Notes under the pieces: generated by a model | What the model was told of the DNA's origin: nothing | The model's database searches: none | The model's input: only the letters and a program-made list of their open reading frames with translations | Translations under genes and position numbers: made by a program | Assembly (NCBI GenBank): GCA_950097015.1 | Contig: CATNEN010000011.1 | Location: 2,356,001-2,420,000, forward strand | Length of the DNA: 64,000 nucleotides | Reading direction: 5' to 3' | DNA from: Macrostomum hystrix | Lineage: Eukaryota; Animalia; Platyhelminthes | In this document: positions 13,507 through 24,868 of the stretch, in pieces | How positions within the stretch are numbered: the first letter of the stretch is position 1 | Layout: each line of letters begins with the position of its first letter

Positions 13507-14877
13507 ACCAATGTCCCCCAGCAGCAGAGAACTAATTTCCCCCAGTAGCAGAGAACTAATTCCCCCCAGCAGCAGAGAACTAATTCTCCCCAGCAGCAGA
13601 GAACCAATTCCCCCCCAGCAGCAGAGAACTAATTCCCCCATCAGCAGCAGAGAACTAATTCCGCCCCAGCAGCAAAGAACTATATTCCCCCCAGCAGCAG
13701 AGAACTAATTCCCCCCCAGCAGCAGAGAACTAATTCCGCCCCAGCAGCAAAGAACTAATTCCCCCCAGCAGCAGAGAACTAATTCCCCCCAGCAGCAGAG
13801 AACTAATTCCCCCCCAGCAGCAGAGAACTAATTCTCCCCAGCAGCAGAGAACCAATTCCCCCCAGCAGCAAAGAACTAATTCCCCCCAGCAGCAGAGAAC
13901 TAATTCCCCCCAGCAGCAGAGAACCAATTCCCCCCCAGCAGCAGAGAACTAATTCTCCCCAGCAGCAGAGAACCAATTCCCCCCCAGCAGCAGAGAACTA
14001 ATTCCCCCATCAGCAGCAGAGAACTAATTCCGCCCCAGCAGCAAAGAACTAATTCCCCCCCAGCAGCAGAGAACTAATTCCCCCCCAGCAGCAGAGAACT
14101 AATTCCCCCCCCCAGCAGCAGAGAACTAATTCCGCCCCAGCAGCAAAGAACTAATTCCCCCCTAGCAGCAGAGAACTAATTCCCCCCAGCAGCAGAGAAC
14201 TAATTCCCCCCCCCCAGCAGCAGAGAACTAATTCCGCCCCAGCAGCAAAGAACTAATTCCCCCCAGCAGCAGAGAACTAATTCCCCCCCCAGCAGCAGAG
14301 AACTAATTCCGCCCCAGCAGCAGAGAACTAATTCCGCCCCAGCAGCAAAGAACTAATTCCCCCCAGCAGCAGAGAACTAATTCCCCCCCCCAGCAGCAGA
14401 GAACTAATTCCGCCCCAGCAGCAAAGAACTAATTCCCCCCCAGCAGCAGAGAACTAATTCCCCCCCAGCAGCAAAGAACTAATTCCCCCCAGCAGCAGAG
14501 AACTAATTCCCCCCCCCAGCAGCAGAGAACTAATTCCGCCCCAGCAGCAAAGAACTAATTCCCCCCTAGCAGCAGAGAACTAATCCCCCCCAGCAGCAGA
14601 GAACTAATTCCGCCCCAGCAGCAAAGAACTAATTCCCCCCAAGCAGCAGAGAACTAATTCCCCCCCAGCAGCAGAGAACTAATTCCCCCCCAGCAGCAGA
14701 GAACTAATTCCCCCCCAGCAGCAGAGAACTAATTCCCCCCCAGCAGCAGAGAACTAATTCCCCCCCAGCAGCAGAGAACTAATTCCCCCCCAGCAGCAGA
14801 GAACTTATTCCCCCCCAGCAGCAGAGAACTAATTCCCCCCAGCAGCAGAGAACTAATTCCGCCCCAGCAGCAGAGAA
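13507..14877 (+). repeat. ~25-bp minisatellite (C)nCAGCAGCAGAGAACTAATT
   Basis: Tandem units with a variable C-run. The first unit (ACCAATGTCCCCCAGCAGCAGAGAAC) is identical to the unit of the 62.4-kb array. Confidence 0.95.
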
Positions 14878-14879
14878 GT

Positions 14880-15285
14880 ATATTAGATGAAGCATTTTTT
14901 AAACAGTTCTTTGTTTGTTTACAACGTCGGCAATGATTAAAGCAGCGGTGCATTTATGCAATTCTATGCATTAGTGACACATCACTGATTTTAACATTTT
15001 TCATGATATCGTATTACTTGGCAGAGCTACTCTATTTTTACACCGTGTTTACCTGCCTTCCTGTGCATATCAAACATTTTTAGTATATAAGATGAAGCAT
15101 TTTTTAAACAGTTCTCTGTTTGTTTACAACGTCGGCAATGATTAAAGCAGCGGTGCATTTATGCAATGCTATGCATTAGTGACACATCACTGATTTTAAA
15201 ATTTTTCATGATATCGTATAATTACTTGGCAGAGCTATTCTATTTTTACACCATGTTTACCTGCCTTCCTGTGCATATCAAACAA
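14880..15285 (+). repeat. Two-copy tandem duplication of ~207 bp
   Basis: AGATGAAGCATTTTTTAAACAGTTCT...CCTGTGCATATCAAACA occurs twice (from ~14885 and ~15091) with few differences. Confidence 0.85.
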
Positions 15286-15829
15286 AAGTCCTGGTGAAAT
15301 TCTGCCGCAATTTTCCCTTGTTTTCCTCTAAGATTTTCGCTTCCGATTACACTTTATCGCCCATTTTGCGAGGCAAGTTTGTCGCTTGTGACTTGTATCT
15401 AGCCCCGATGTTTAGGGAAGAGGGGAAGAGAAGATGCAGAAGGGAAGTCGGGACTAGGTGATGTGGGGAGGAAGGGGACATAAGGAAGTTTGGCAGCGGG
15501 GAATATGGGAAAGATGAGATGTGGGGAAGTTTGAATTTGGGGAAATATTAGTTTGGAAGAATGATATGTGGAAAAGATAGGGGTTTAGTGAGAATGATAT
15601 GGGGAAGAGGGATGTGAAGAAGAGGGATTTAGGGCAGAGGGATTTGAGGAAGAGGGTTCTTCCCTCTTCTAATTCCCCCCAGCAGCAGAGAACTAATTCT
15701 CCCCAGCAGAAAATAACTATTATTAACCGTTCAACATATTTAAAAACTTTAAAACGCATTAAGAAAAGTGGTAATTATTGGACACTTTTAGAAAACTTTT
15801 GGACACATTTGAAAAACTGTTAAAAAATT

Positions 15830-16355
15830 AGAAAACAGGTAAACCCAATTGAAAAACTGATAAAAACTTTTAGAATACTGGTAAACACATTTAGAAACCG
15901 TAAAACACCCTTAGAAAACTTTTAGATACATTTATAAAACTGGTAAACACATTTAGAAAACTGTGAAACACATTTAGAAAACTGTGAAACACATTTAGAA
16001 AACTGCTAAACACATTTATAAAACTGTTAAACACTTTTAGAAAACTGTGAAACACATTTAGAAAACTGGTAAACACATTTAGAAAACTAGTAAACACATT
16101 TAGAAAACTGGTAAACCCAATTGAAAAACTGATAAAAACTTTTAGAATACTGGTAAACACATTTAGAAAACCGTAAAACACCCATAGAAAACTTTTAGAT
16201 ACATTTAGAAAACTGGTAAACACATTTAGAAAACTGTGAAACACATTTAGAAAACTGTTAAACACATTTAGAAAACTGTTAAACACATTTATAAAACTGT
16301 TAAACACATTTAGAAAACTGTTAAACACCTTTAGAAAACTGTTAAACACAAATTA
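15830..16355 (+). repeat. 21-bp AT-rich minisatellite (AAACACATTTAGAAAACTGNN)
   Basis: Direct periodicity; explains the 7-aa FLNVFNS repeat in the spurious minus-strand ORF. Confidence 0.9.
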
Positions 16356-16904
16356 AAAAACTGCTGGACACTTTTCTCGATTGAAATTGAGATGAGGTTG
16401 ATGATTTATATATTTTGTAGTAAGAATTAGGAGTAGATGTCTCGCTACTAGTATTGAGCAATATATCGTTGAATTGAAGTCTGCTATGCACATTTTTACC
16501 TATTTAAATCAACCACACACACGGGTGAGAAAAGCTGTGATGTAATCTATTTATAAATTCGCACTGACTGTTTCGCTAGTGGGGTTGACGCAGCTATGTA
16601 CATTTGACTCAGTGAAATTCTTATCAGTGTTTTCACTTTTAACAAAACTGGCCCTGATGCAATCATTAAAATTGGCAGTGGTATGCACGTTGACAAAATT
16701 GGCTCTGATTGAATGCATTAAAATTCCTATCTAAAACTGTTTTTAGAATATTTAATCCCCTTAGCAATAAAGTTAAGCTTAATAAAAATACGTGTATAAT
16801 TGTCCCCATATTTTTCATCTTTTGGTGGAGAAATGGTGAAAATCGGTTGAGCCGTTTTCGAAAAAATCGATCGCGCATAGAGATAGTTGTGAATTTTAGT
16901 ATAG

Positions 16905-17100
16905 GGGAGGACTTAACTCTGCTTCAGCTCACCCAGCTGTTAAATCGGTACCAGCATCAGCTGGGGTCCATTGTGGGTGGGTGTGGCAGTCCATGGACTG
17001 AATAAACGTAAGCAGCCTTCAGATATGGCTGTGGCTGTGCTGTCGGCAGCACATCTGACTCATTCGGGGCAGGTGTAATGAGTTATTTTAGTTTATTATT
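16905..17100 (+). mobile_element. tRNA-derived SINE, 3' portion (5'-truncated)
   Basis: TTAACTCTGCTTCAGCTCACCCAGCTGTTAAATCGGTACCAGCATCAGCTGGG...CAGCCTTCAGAT...GGGGCAGGTGTAAT aligns by eye with 61630-61830. Confidence 0.75.
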
Positions 17101-17867
17101 TGTCTTTATTAAAGAATTATTTAATTACTTTGTCTCATGGCGGTTAGTCCCGTATCTATAAAAACTCGAACATATGTTAAAACAGCCTATGAAAACCACA
17201 GAAACTAAGTTGTAAACAAAAAAGTAAACAAACGAGCAAATATTGTAGTGGAAAATGACCAACGTACAGGTAACTGGTTGCAGTGAATGTGCAGAATTAA
17301 CTCGAGTGTTAAGACTTCCTTCTCCTTATTTTATCATCAATCGTTTTTAAATAGTTTTCAGGACGTTTTTTCAGCGATATATTTATTGAATTGTGTAATT
17401 CGTCTGCTGCAGTGTTTGTCGCAGTTCTCGTCCTTGAAATAACAAAATAACAAAATAATATACAGAATAGAAATACAGGCAACAAACTCCACTTGTCAAT
17501 GTCAAACAGCTGCATGCAATGAGAGCAGGGTTTCATTACAGATTGCCAATGGACTGCTTAAGAGTCATGAAGTTGTCAGCTGATCGACATATAGTCCAGG
17601 TAATTAGTATACTCCTTTTTAGAGACATGTTATCGAAAATGATTCACCCTTTAACAGCTATAGTATTGAGAAAAAATTGTAAAAATAAAAGCAGAAAATA
17701 TAAAACCGTATACATTCAGAAAGTCTGGTTAAAGAAAAAAAGGATAATGCAGACAAAAAGAAATGAACACAAAAGCTACAATACCGTCGTCAAAATGTTC
17801 TTGTTACATTCTTACCTGTCTGTTTTCAAGTCATTTTAACTGCACAGTATTTTATGTTGCTGTGCGG

Positions 17868-19827
17868 CTAAGTGCACAGAGAGTCGTCTACGATCGAAAT
17901 GACCACCTTACCAAATGAACCGCTGTTGTCACCCTTTTGTCCTTGCGGCTTCTTGCCGAGTGATGGATGAGAATAACTTCCACCGCCGCCGCCTCCTAAA
18001 CCTCCTCCATCTTTGCCAGCACCGCCGCAGCCTCCCGAGTAGCCGCCTCCGCCACCGCCGCCACCATGATTGGAGCCATTTGTATCGCCGCCACCACCAC
18101 CGCCACCATATCCGCCGAACCCTGATGTTGAAGCAGAACCGAGACCCCCTGCCCAATGCTGAGCCCTACTCTTTCCAGAAAAACCACTTTTTGAGCTTTC
18201 GGATCCATCATTCAACCACCCGGCGCCGCCAGCGCCAGAGTTATGGTTGGTCGGAACGCCACCACCGTTCCCATTGGACGCACCGCATGTTCCAGACAGG
18301 CCTGGCACGCCATCGATTCCCAGTTTTCCTGGATCATCTCCACCACCGCCTCCTCCACCTGCTGCCAGAAGCAGGGTCGGAGGCGAGCCGTCTATATAGA
18401 CAAAACTGCCGCCACCGCCTCCGCCTCCGCCATCGTTCGCACTTTGACCTGGGTTTCCAACAACGATAGTTAAAGTCTGCGCGGTGGTCAGGACGAAATT
18501 GGCCCTTAATAGCGCACCTTTCCCACCTGCTGCTCGGCTGGAATGGCCGCCGTTAGCGCCCCAGGCCGATATTTCATAGCAGGCGTTGTCCTTTGATGGC
18601 GTGTAGGTCTGGGTGTTTCCGGTTCTGCTAGTCGTGCCCGATGAGGGGCCTGAAGTGATAGTTTTAGTTTATTTATGTCGGTAATTGACACACCGCATAG
18701 TACAACTACATTATAATCGTAATATGTTCGTAGAGCAATATATACTAAATGAAAATATTTTCGTTACCTGTCAAAGCTTGTGGGCCACGGGTTGTTGTTG
18801 TGGTAGACTCCGAGGTCGTAAAAGTAGCAATAGTAGTGATTGTCGTGGTTTTTGTAGTCGTTGGCGTCGTGGTTGCGGTCGTTGTTGGCGTCGTGGTTGC
18901 GGTCGTTGTTGGTGTCGTGGTTGCGGTCGTTGTTGGTGTCGTGGTTGCGGTCGTTGTTGACGTCGTGATTGTTGTCGTTGTTGGCGTCGTGGTTGCGGTC
19001 GTTGTTGGCGTCGTGGTTGTTGTCGTTGTTGGCGCCGTGGTTGTTGTCGTTGTTGGCGTCGTGGTTGTTGTCGTTGTTGGCGTCGTGGTTGTTGTCGTTG
19101 TTGGTATCGTGGTGGTTATTGTTGGTGGCGTCGTTGTTGTTGTTGGCGTCGTGGTTGTTGTTGGCATCGGGGTTGTTGGCATCGTGGTTGTTGTCTCCGC
19201 GGTTGTTGTTAGTAGAGTTGGGGTTGTTGCAATATTTGTGCTGATTGTTTCAGGCTGTGACGTACTTAATATGGCCGGGGTATGAATCGCTGTTGACCCT
19301 GTAGTTTCCGTCGTCGGCTTTGTTGTCGTCTCAGTAGTCGCTGGTGTAGAAACATAGTTCGCTGCCGTAGCAGAAATAGCGGCTGTTGAAACAGCATCTG
19401 TAGCTGAAAAAAAGGACTGAATGCTGCTAGGAGAGGCGGCCGTCACGGTCACAGCAGATGTCGAACTCACACCGACAACACTGACCGAGCTGCAACCTGC
19501 TCTGCCCCTGAGAACCTGTGTGTCGCACGTTGGTCCAATAGTCGGCTGCCAGTACAGCTGGAGGTCGCAACTGTTGCCAAGAAGGCAGCTGCGGTTGCTG
19601 GGCAAGTACTGGTAGACAGCGCACAGTGTCGTGTTGCTGGCGCATTCGACCGCGCAAACGCGAGAGTCATCGACGCCGTCGATCCTTCGCTGACTGCCAG
19701 CGATCGCGACTGCCGTGTTGCAGAGACCGGGTGTCTTGTCGAAGACGAAGGTCAAGGCCGTCGCTGACGATATCAGGACTGCCAGGACGGTGATGGCTAC
19801 CCACGATGACGAACTTTCGAATAGCAT
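17868..19827 (-). CDS. Secreted PAN/Apple + Thr-rich mucin + ALK/LTK-like glycine-rich domain protein, paralog A (613 aa)
   Basis: Exon1 19827-18768 (signal peptide, PAN-type CxxxC/C/C pattern, PTTT repeats), phase-1 intron 18767-18650 (GTAAC...TTCAG), exon2 18649-17868. Exon2 reads CYEISAWGANGG...GGKGA...TIVVGNPG...GGGGGSFV...LLLAAGGGGG...GGGGGYSGG...GKVVISI*. Joined length 1842 nt, in frame. No TM segment. Confidence 0.85.
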
Positions 19828-20362
19828 TTGCTAGACAGCCGAGCAAGCAGGATGATAAGAGTTTTACAGAACTAGTTGTTACGAGTAGGTTTCCAGAATT
19901 TATAGATCTAATGCAAAATTGGATCCTCAAGTCCCGGCGCGCCGCTTTCTCATTGGCTGAGCTAAATGAGGGTGTGGTTCTAGCTTGGCGATTTCTCTCT
20001 GATTCTTTAGTTCGGAAAGAGAGTTGGAAATAGAAACGGTGTCAGGCAAAATTTGTTTGGGCTTAGAGACTTGCTAGTGTATAAGTTTTAATTGGAACGT
20101 TCCTGCAGTTTGCCTTAGGCAAGACTCTTTTGTTTCACAGTTTGATGAGAAACTAGAGACTGCACTTGTCTTTCACACTTAATTTTCTCAGTAGACTTGG
20201 GCCATTGCTGATAGCTATTTTTAACAGCATTTTTTGCGCAATGAGTGCCGGACTGCTTCTTCGTTGGTTGGCAACAATACTACCTTCAACTGTGATCATT
20301 TCCCTTCAGTGAGGACCAGTTTAAGAATTCCTTGGGTCCTGGGTAATTAATCCGACAGTGCT

Positions 20363-20500
20363 CTTGTTATAGGTTACTTGTTATAGGTTACTTGTTATAG
20401 GTTACTTGTTATAGGTTACTTGTTATAGGTTACTTGTTATAGGTTACTTGTTATAGGTTACTTGTTATAGGTTACTTGTTATAGGTTACTTGTTATAGGT
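20363..20500 (+). repeat. 14-bp tandem repeat (CTTGTTATAGGTTA) x ~10
   Basis: Perfect periodicity, in the spacer between the two divergent paralogs. Confidence 0.95.
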
Positions 20501-21699
20501 TCGTGCTCTGAAAGGCAATTTATGCTCGTACGATGGGTCATAGACGTCAGTAGGAGAGTAAGCACTTATATGATTGCTCGAAAGGCTCGAAACTTGACCC
20601 GACTTACGATCGATCGAAATTTTGCGAGCTCGTAACTTTGCGCAAAAGACTGTTTCTCGAAGCTCAAGAACGAACTTACAATAGAAGTTTCGAGAAAGAC
20701 TTCACTCTCTGACATTTGATTTTAACCTTAGATTCTTAAACACTTGACAAAAATAGATAGCAAGTTTAGTACATAGCAGACATACATATCGGTATGGCGT
20801 CTTAGGTACAGCTGGTTAAGAGACCATTTTCATGCTCGCTAATAAGAGTTTTAGAGAGTCAGGAAAACAGTTTTGAGTCCGTGAGAAATGAAGCAGCTAG
20901 ATGTTGCCTAGCAGCGGTAAGGCAGACAGGCAGCCCTTGGCAAAATTCATTGCCTTGTTTTTTAGTCAAAAGCTATTTAAAAACCTGCAAGCAACATTAA
21001 GGCATAATAGGCTGTTGGAATAGCTAGTTCGTCAAATTGAGTGAGTCGTTATGGTCTTCAGTTTTCCTTAGTTACAAAACCAAGCTGAAACATCTTGTTA
21101 GCGGGACTGCCTTCGTCTTTATAATGAGCCGGAATCTGAAATACGGAGAGAGCTGGAGGGGAATGGGGGGGCTATGAGGGCCATCAGTTTGCTGGAAGGG
21201 GAGTTAAGCCAGAGTGAGTGGCAAGGCAGCATTTTTTTGGCTAGATGTCGTTAATAATTCAATCGGCAAATTCACGGCTACTGCCTACTCAGACTGTGTG
21301 CTTTTCAAATGCACGGTTTTAGCAGAGACCCGTGCAGGAAAGTAGCGAGAAGCAATCACTGCCCAAATACCACACAGGATGTTTCTGGCGCAATGCTATT
21401 AAAGCTGTATTCCAGCTGCATCGATTGAGCTTTATTGCTAACCACTTCAAGTACACACGAGCCGTAGTTATCAGTAAACTATGAACTTTGATAAGGCTTG
21501 AGGAGAGAAAGGTACTATTATCCGCGTCTACGGCTTTTAGTGCTTGAAATTTTTATAAGGTCAACTGAAAGGCAGAGGATTGATTTGCTTTCTAAGTACT
21601 TTTCTTCGTGCACCTTCATTGGCTATTCAAAATATTGGTTCGCTTCAGGCGAACCATTGTCCACTGGCTAACCAACACAAATATGCTTTTAGTTGCATC

Positions 21700-21990
21700 A
21701 ACCGCACTGTTCCCAATTGCAGTCGTACCACAATGGTCCCAATTGCAGTTGTACCACAATGGTCCCAATTGCAGTTGTAACACAATGGTCCCAATTGCAG
21801 TTGTACCACAATGGTCCCTGACTCCTAATTGCAGATGCATCACACTGGTCCTAATTGCAGTTGCACCACAATGGTCCCTGACTCCTAATTGCAGTTGCAC
21901 CACACTGTCCCAATTGCAGTTATACCGCTTTGATCCGAATTGCATTTGTACCGCAAAACTGGTCCCAATTGCAGTTGCCCCAAAACTTGG
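21700..21990 (+). repeat. ~26-bp minisatellite (CACAATGGTCCCAATTGCAGTTGTAC)
   Basis: About 8-10 degenerate tandem units, ~300 bp upstream of the paralog B start. Confidence 0.85.
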
Positions 21991-22286
21991 GTGTTTAAAC
22001 CAGTTCAGGACAATTGCAACGCTAGTTCTAGTCAGTTTGATTGGAAATTAAACCCCTCTCATATGACCAGTTAATGACAAAAAGTTGAATATATGAGAAA
22101 CTTTGCGACAAAATACCTCCTCATTCCCAGCCAACCGGAAAGCTTCTAAGGAAACCTGTGATGTAGGGGCTCAAGACGCATTCTTAATAAAGAGAGAATT
22201 TGCTCAATAAAGGTCTACCTCTGTAAATAAAAGTTTCCACTGTAGTAGAACTTTGTTCACAACTTTACGATTTGCGAAAAAACATA

Positions 22287-24273
22287 ATGGACCATAAACT
22301 AGTCAGCGCCATCGTCCTGGCAGTCCTGATGTCGTCAGCGACGGCCTTGACCTTCGTCTTCGACAAGACACCCGGTCTGTGCAACACGGCAGTCGCGATC
22401 GCTGGCAGTCAGCGAAGGATCGACGGCGTCGACGACTCTCGCGTTTGCGCGGTCGAATGCACCAGCAACACGACACTGTGCGCTGTCTACCAGTACTTGC
22501 CAAGCAACCGCAGCTGCCTTCTTGGCAACAGTTGCGACCTCCAGCTGTACTGGCAGCCGACTATTGGACCAACGTGCGACACACAGGTTCTCAGGGGCAG
22601 AGGAGATTGCGGGTCTGCCAGTGCTGCCATAGTTACAACGTCATCAAGCCAAACAGCAACTTCTGAAATCAATCCTAACCTTTCTAGCAACCTCCCGTCT
22701 TCAGCAGCTACAACTGCCTACTCAATGACAATAACCACGACCGCAGCAATGACGACTCTTTCCCCTACAACACCAACCACGATCCCTACTATGACAACAC
22801 CAACCACGATCCCTACTACGACAACACCAACCATGAACCCTACTACGACAACACCAACCATGAACCCTACTACGACAACACCAACCATGAACCCTACTAC
22901 GACAACACCAACCATGAACCCTACTACGACAACACCAACCATGAACCCTACTACGACAACACCAACCATGAACCCTACTACGACAACACCAACCATGAAC
23001 CCTACTACAACAACTACGACCACGACTCCTACGACCACGACTCCTACGACCACGACTCCTACGACCACGACTCCTACGACCACGACTCCTACGACCACGA
23101 CTCCTACGACCACGACTCCTACGACCACGACTCCTACGACCACGACTCCTACAACCACGACTCCTACTACGTCAACAACGACAACAACTACGACCACGAC
23201 TCCTACGTCAACAACGACAACGACCCCTACAACGACAAGTACAACAACGACCACCAGCACAACAACTACCCCAACAACAACAAGCCGATTAGCCACTTCA
23301 ACCAGCATTCCTCAAGTTTTAACAGGTCAGTAAAGCTTTTTAGATAGTTCTTAAGCTAAGTAATATATTACAAAAGTTGCTGAAAGACAGATACATAACT
23401 TAGTTGACAGAATGCATTTTTATGTTAAGCTAAGAATTGAACAACTATTTGCTTTAATTTTCAGCGTCCAGCGGTGGAACTAGTCAATCAGGATCCGTGT
23501 TAACGTACACACCGCCGACAAACAATGCCTGTTACCAAATTACAGCGTGGGGTGCCAAAGGCAGTCAATCTGAAATCGGCGCAGCCGGTGGCTTTGGAGC
23601 CAGAAAAGCAGCCAACTTCCGATTGGCTACGTCGAATACGCTGTACATCATAATTGGCAAACAGGGCAATGGCGCAATGTGCGGCGGCGGCGGTGGTGGC
23701 GGTGGCGGGAGCTTTGTGTACTACCTGGACGGATCTGGAAACTCAAAGCTGCTTTTGGCTGCCGGAGGCGGCGGTGGCGGCGGTGACTTTAATGCCGCAA
23801 GTGTCGGCAGGAACGGCACCAACGGGGCTACCACTGCTTGCAGCACAACCAATTACGGACAGGGTGGCTCCGGGCCTTCGTCCGACGGCTCGGGGGCTGG
23901 CGGTGCTGGCTGGCTCGCGGATGGAAGCGCCGGTGCGGCCACCAACAGTGCCAAGGGTGGCTACGCGGGTCGGAGCTCTTCCGGAAGCTGGGATGGAGGC
24001 AACGGAGGCAATGGAGGAAACTGTTTCGGGGGCTACGGTGGCGGCGGCGGCGGCGGCAGATCCAATGGTGGTACCGAAGCAGGCGGCGGCGGCGGCGGCG
24101 GCTACTCTGGAGGCTGCGGAGGACAGGGTGCAATCAGCAACGGCATGGGCGTCGGTGGCAGCAGCTACGCTGAACCGTCGCTTGGTAAACTGCCGTCGGG
24201 TACTGACGGTGGCAACCCAGATGCTAACGGACGGGTGACCATTACAATCGTGGAAACTTCACTGTGCGATTAA
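22287..24273 (+). CDS. Secreted PAN/Apple + Thr-rich mucin + ALK/LTK-like glycine-rich domain protein, paralog B (615 aa)
   Basis: ATG 22287 (MDHKLVSAIVLAVLMSSATA signal peptide), exon1 22287-23325, phase-1 intron 23326-23464 (GTCAGT...TTTCAG), exon2 23465-24273 in frame with the listed 258-aa ORF (CYQITAWGAKG...GGFGA...IIIGKQG...GGGGSFV...LLLAAGGGGG...GRVTITI). Same intron position as paralog A. Confidence 0.87.
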
Positions 24274-24579
24274 GTCTTTATGTCTGAAAAAACAACAAAA
24301 TTATTTTTTTGTGGCGAACAATTTATTTTTTACCAAGTTTCTATTTTTAAATCGGTGTCAAATCTAAAAACAAAAATTTAATTTGCAGATACGATAAAAC
24401 GCATCTTTATCTACTCGTGTTCAAATTCTGCCATGATCAATTTATTACTTACGCAAATACAATAACATTAGTTGCGCACCTTCAGCCGTTTTTATTTTTC
24501 TTTTATACGTTGACGAATTACGTATTTACGTATTATTATTATTTATTTAATCAGTGTCGAATTTATCGTAAGATTTAAC

Positions 24580-24868
24580 GAATTCCGGTCGTTTCGGCCA
24601 TAGCCGCTTCGGCCAAAAGCCGTTTTGGCCAAAAGCCGAATGAGCATAATAATGCTACATTATGCTACCGAATACTTCGAGCATGTATTCAAATTCTTTG
24701 TCATTGTAAAAGTCAAGTTTGTGCCTTCCATCGTCGCTATCAAATAAAATTAACAACTCTTAAATAAAGTAGAAATTATATAGCCGCAAGAATGTTGTGA
24801 GTTAAAATAAGTATGGGGTCGAACTGGTTTGTGGCCGAAACGGCCTTTGGCCGAAATGACCGGTTACC
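24580..24868. mobile_element. MITE (~289 bp) with imperfect TIRs and an 8-bp TSD (hAT-like)
   Basis: Left CCGGTCGTTTCGGCCA vs right TGGCCGAAATGACCGG, with internal TTTCGGCC subrepeats. Flanked by GATTTAAC (24572-24579) and GATTTAAT (24869-24876). Confidence 0.7.

Noticed and set aside
16800-16905. Possible Helitron/HINE-like end (AAAATCGGTTGAGCCGTTTTCG...TTTTAGTATAG)
   Set aside because: Resembles ends of non-autonomous rolling-circle elements, but it is a single short match with no second copy or defined other end in the window.
20363-20500. Interstitial telomere repeat
   Set aside because: The unit is a 14-mer (CTTGTTATAGGTTA), not TTAGGG or TTAGG.
18749-23308. Poly-Val 'membrane protein' ORFs (18749-19285, 22718-23308)
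   Set aside because: Antisense shadows of the Thr-rich mucin stalks.
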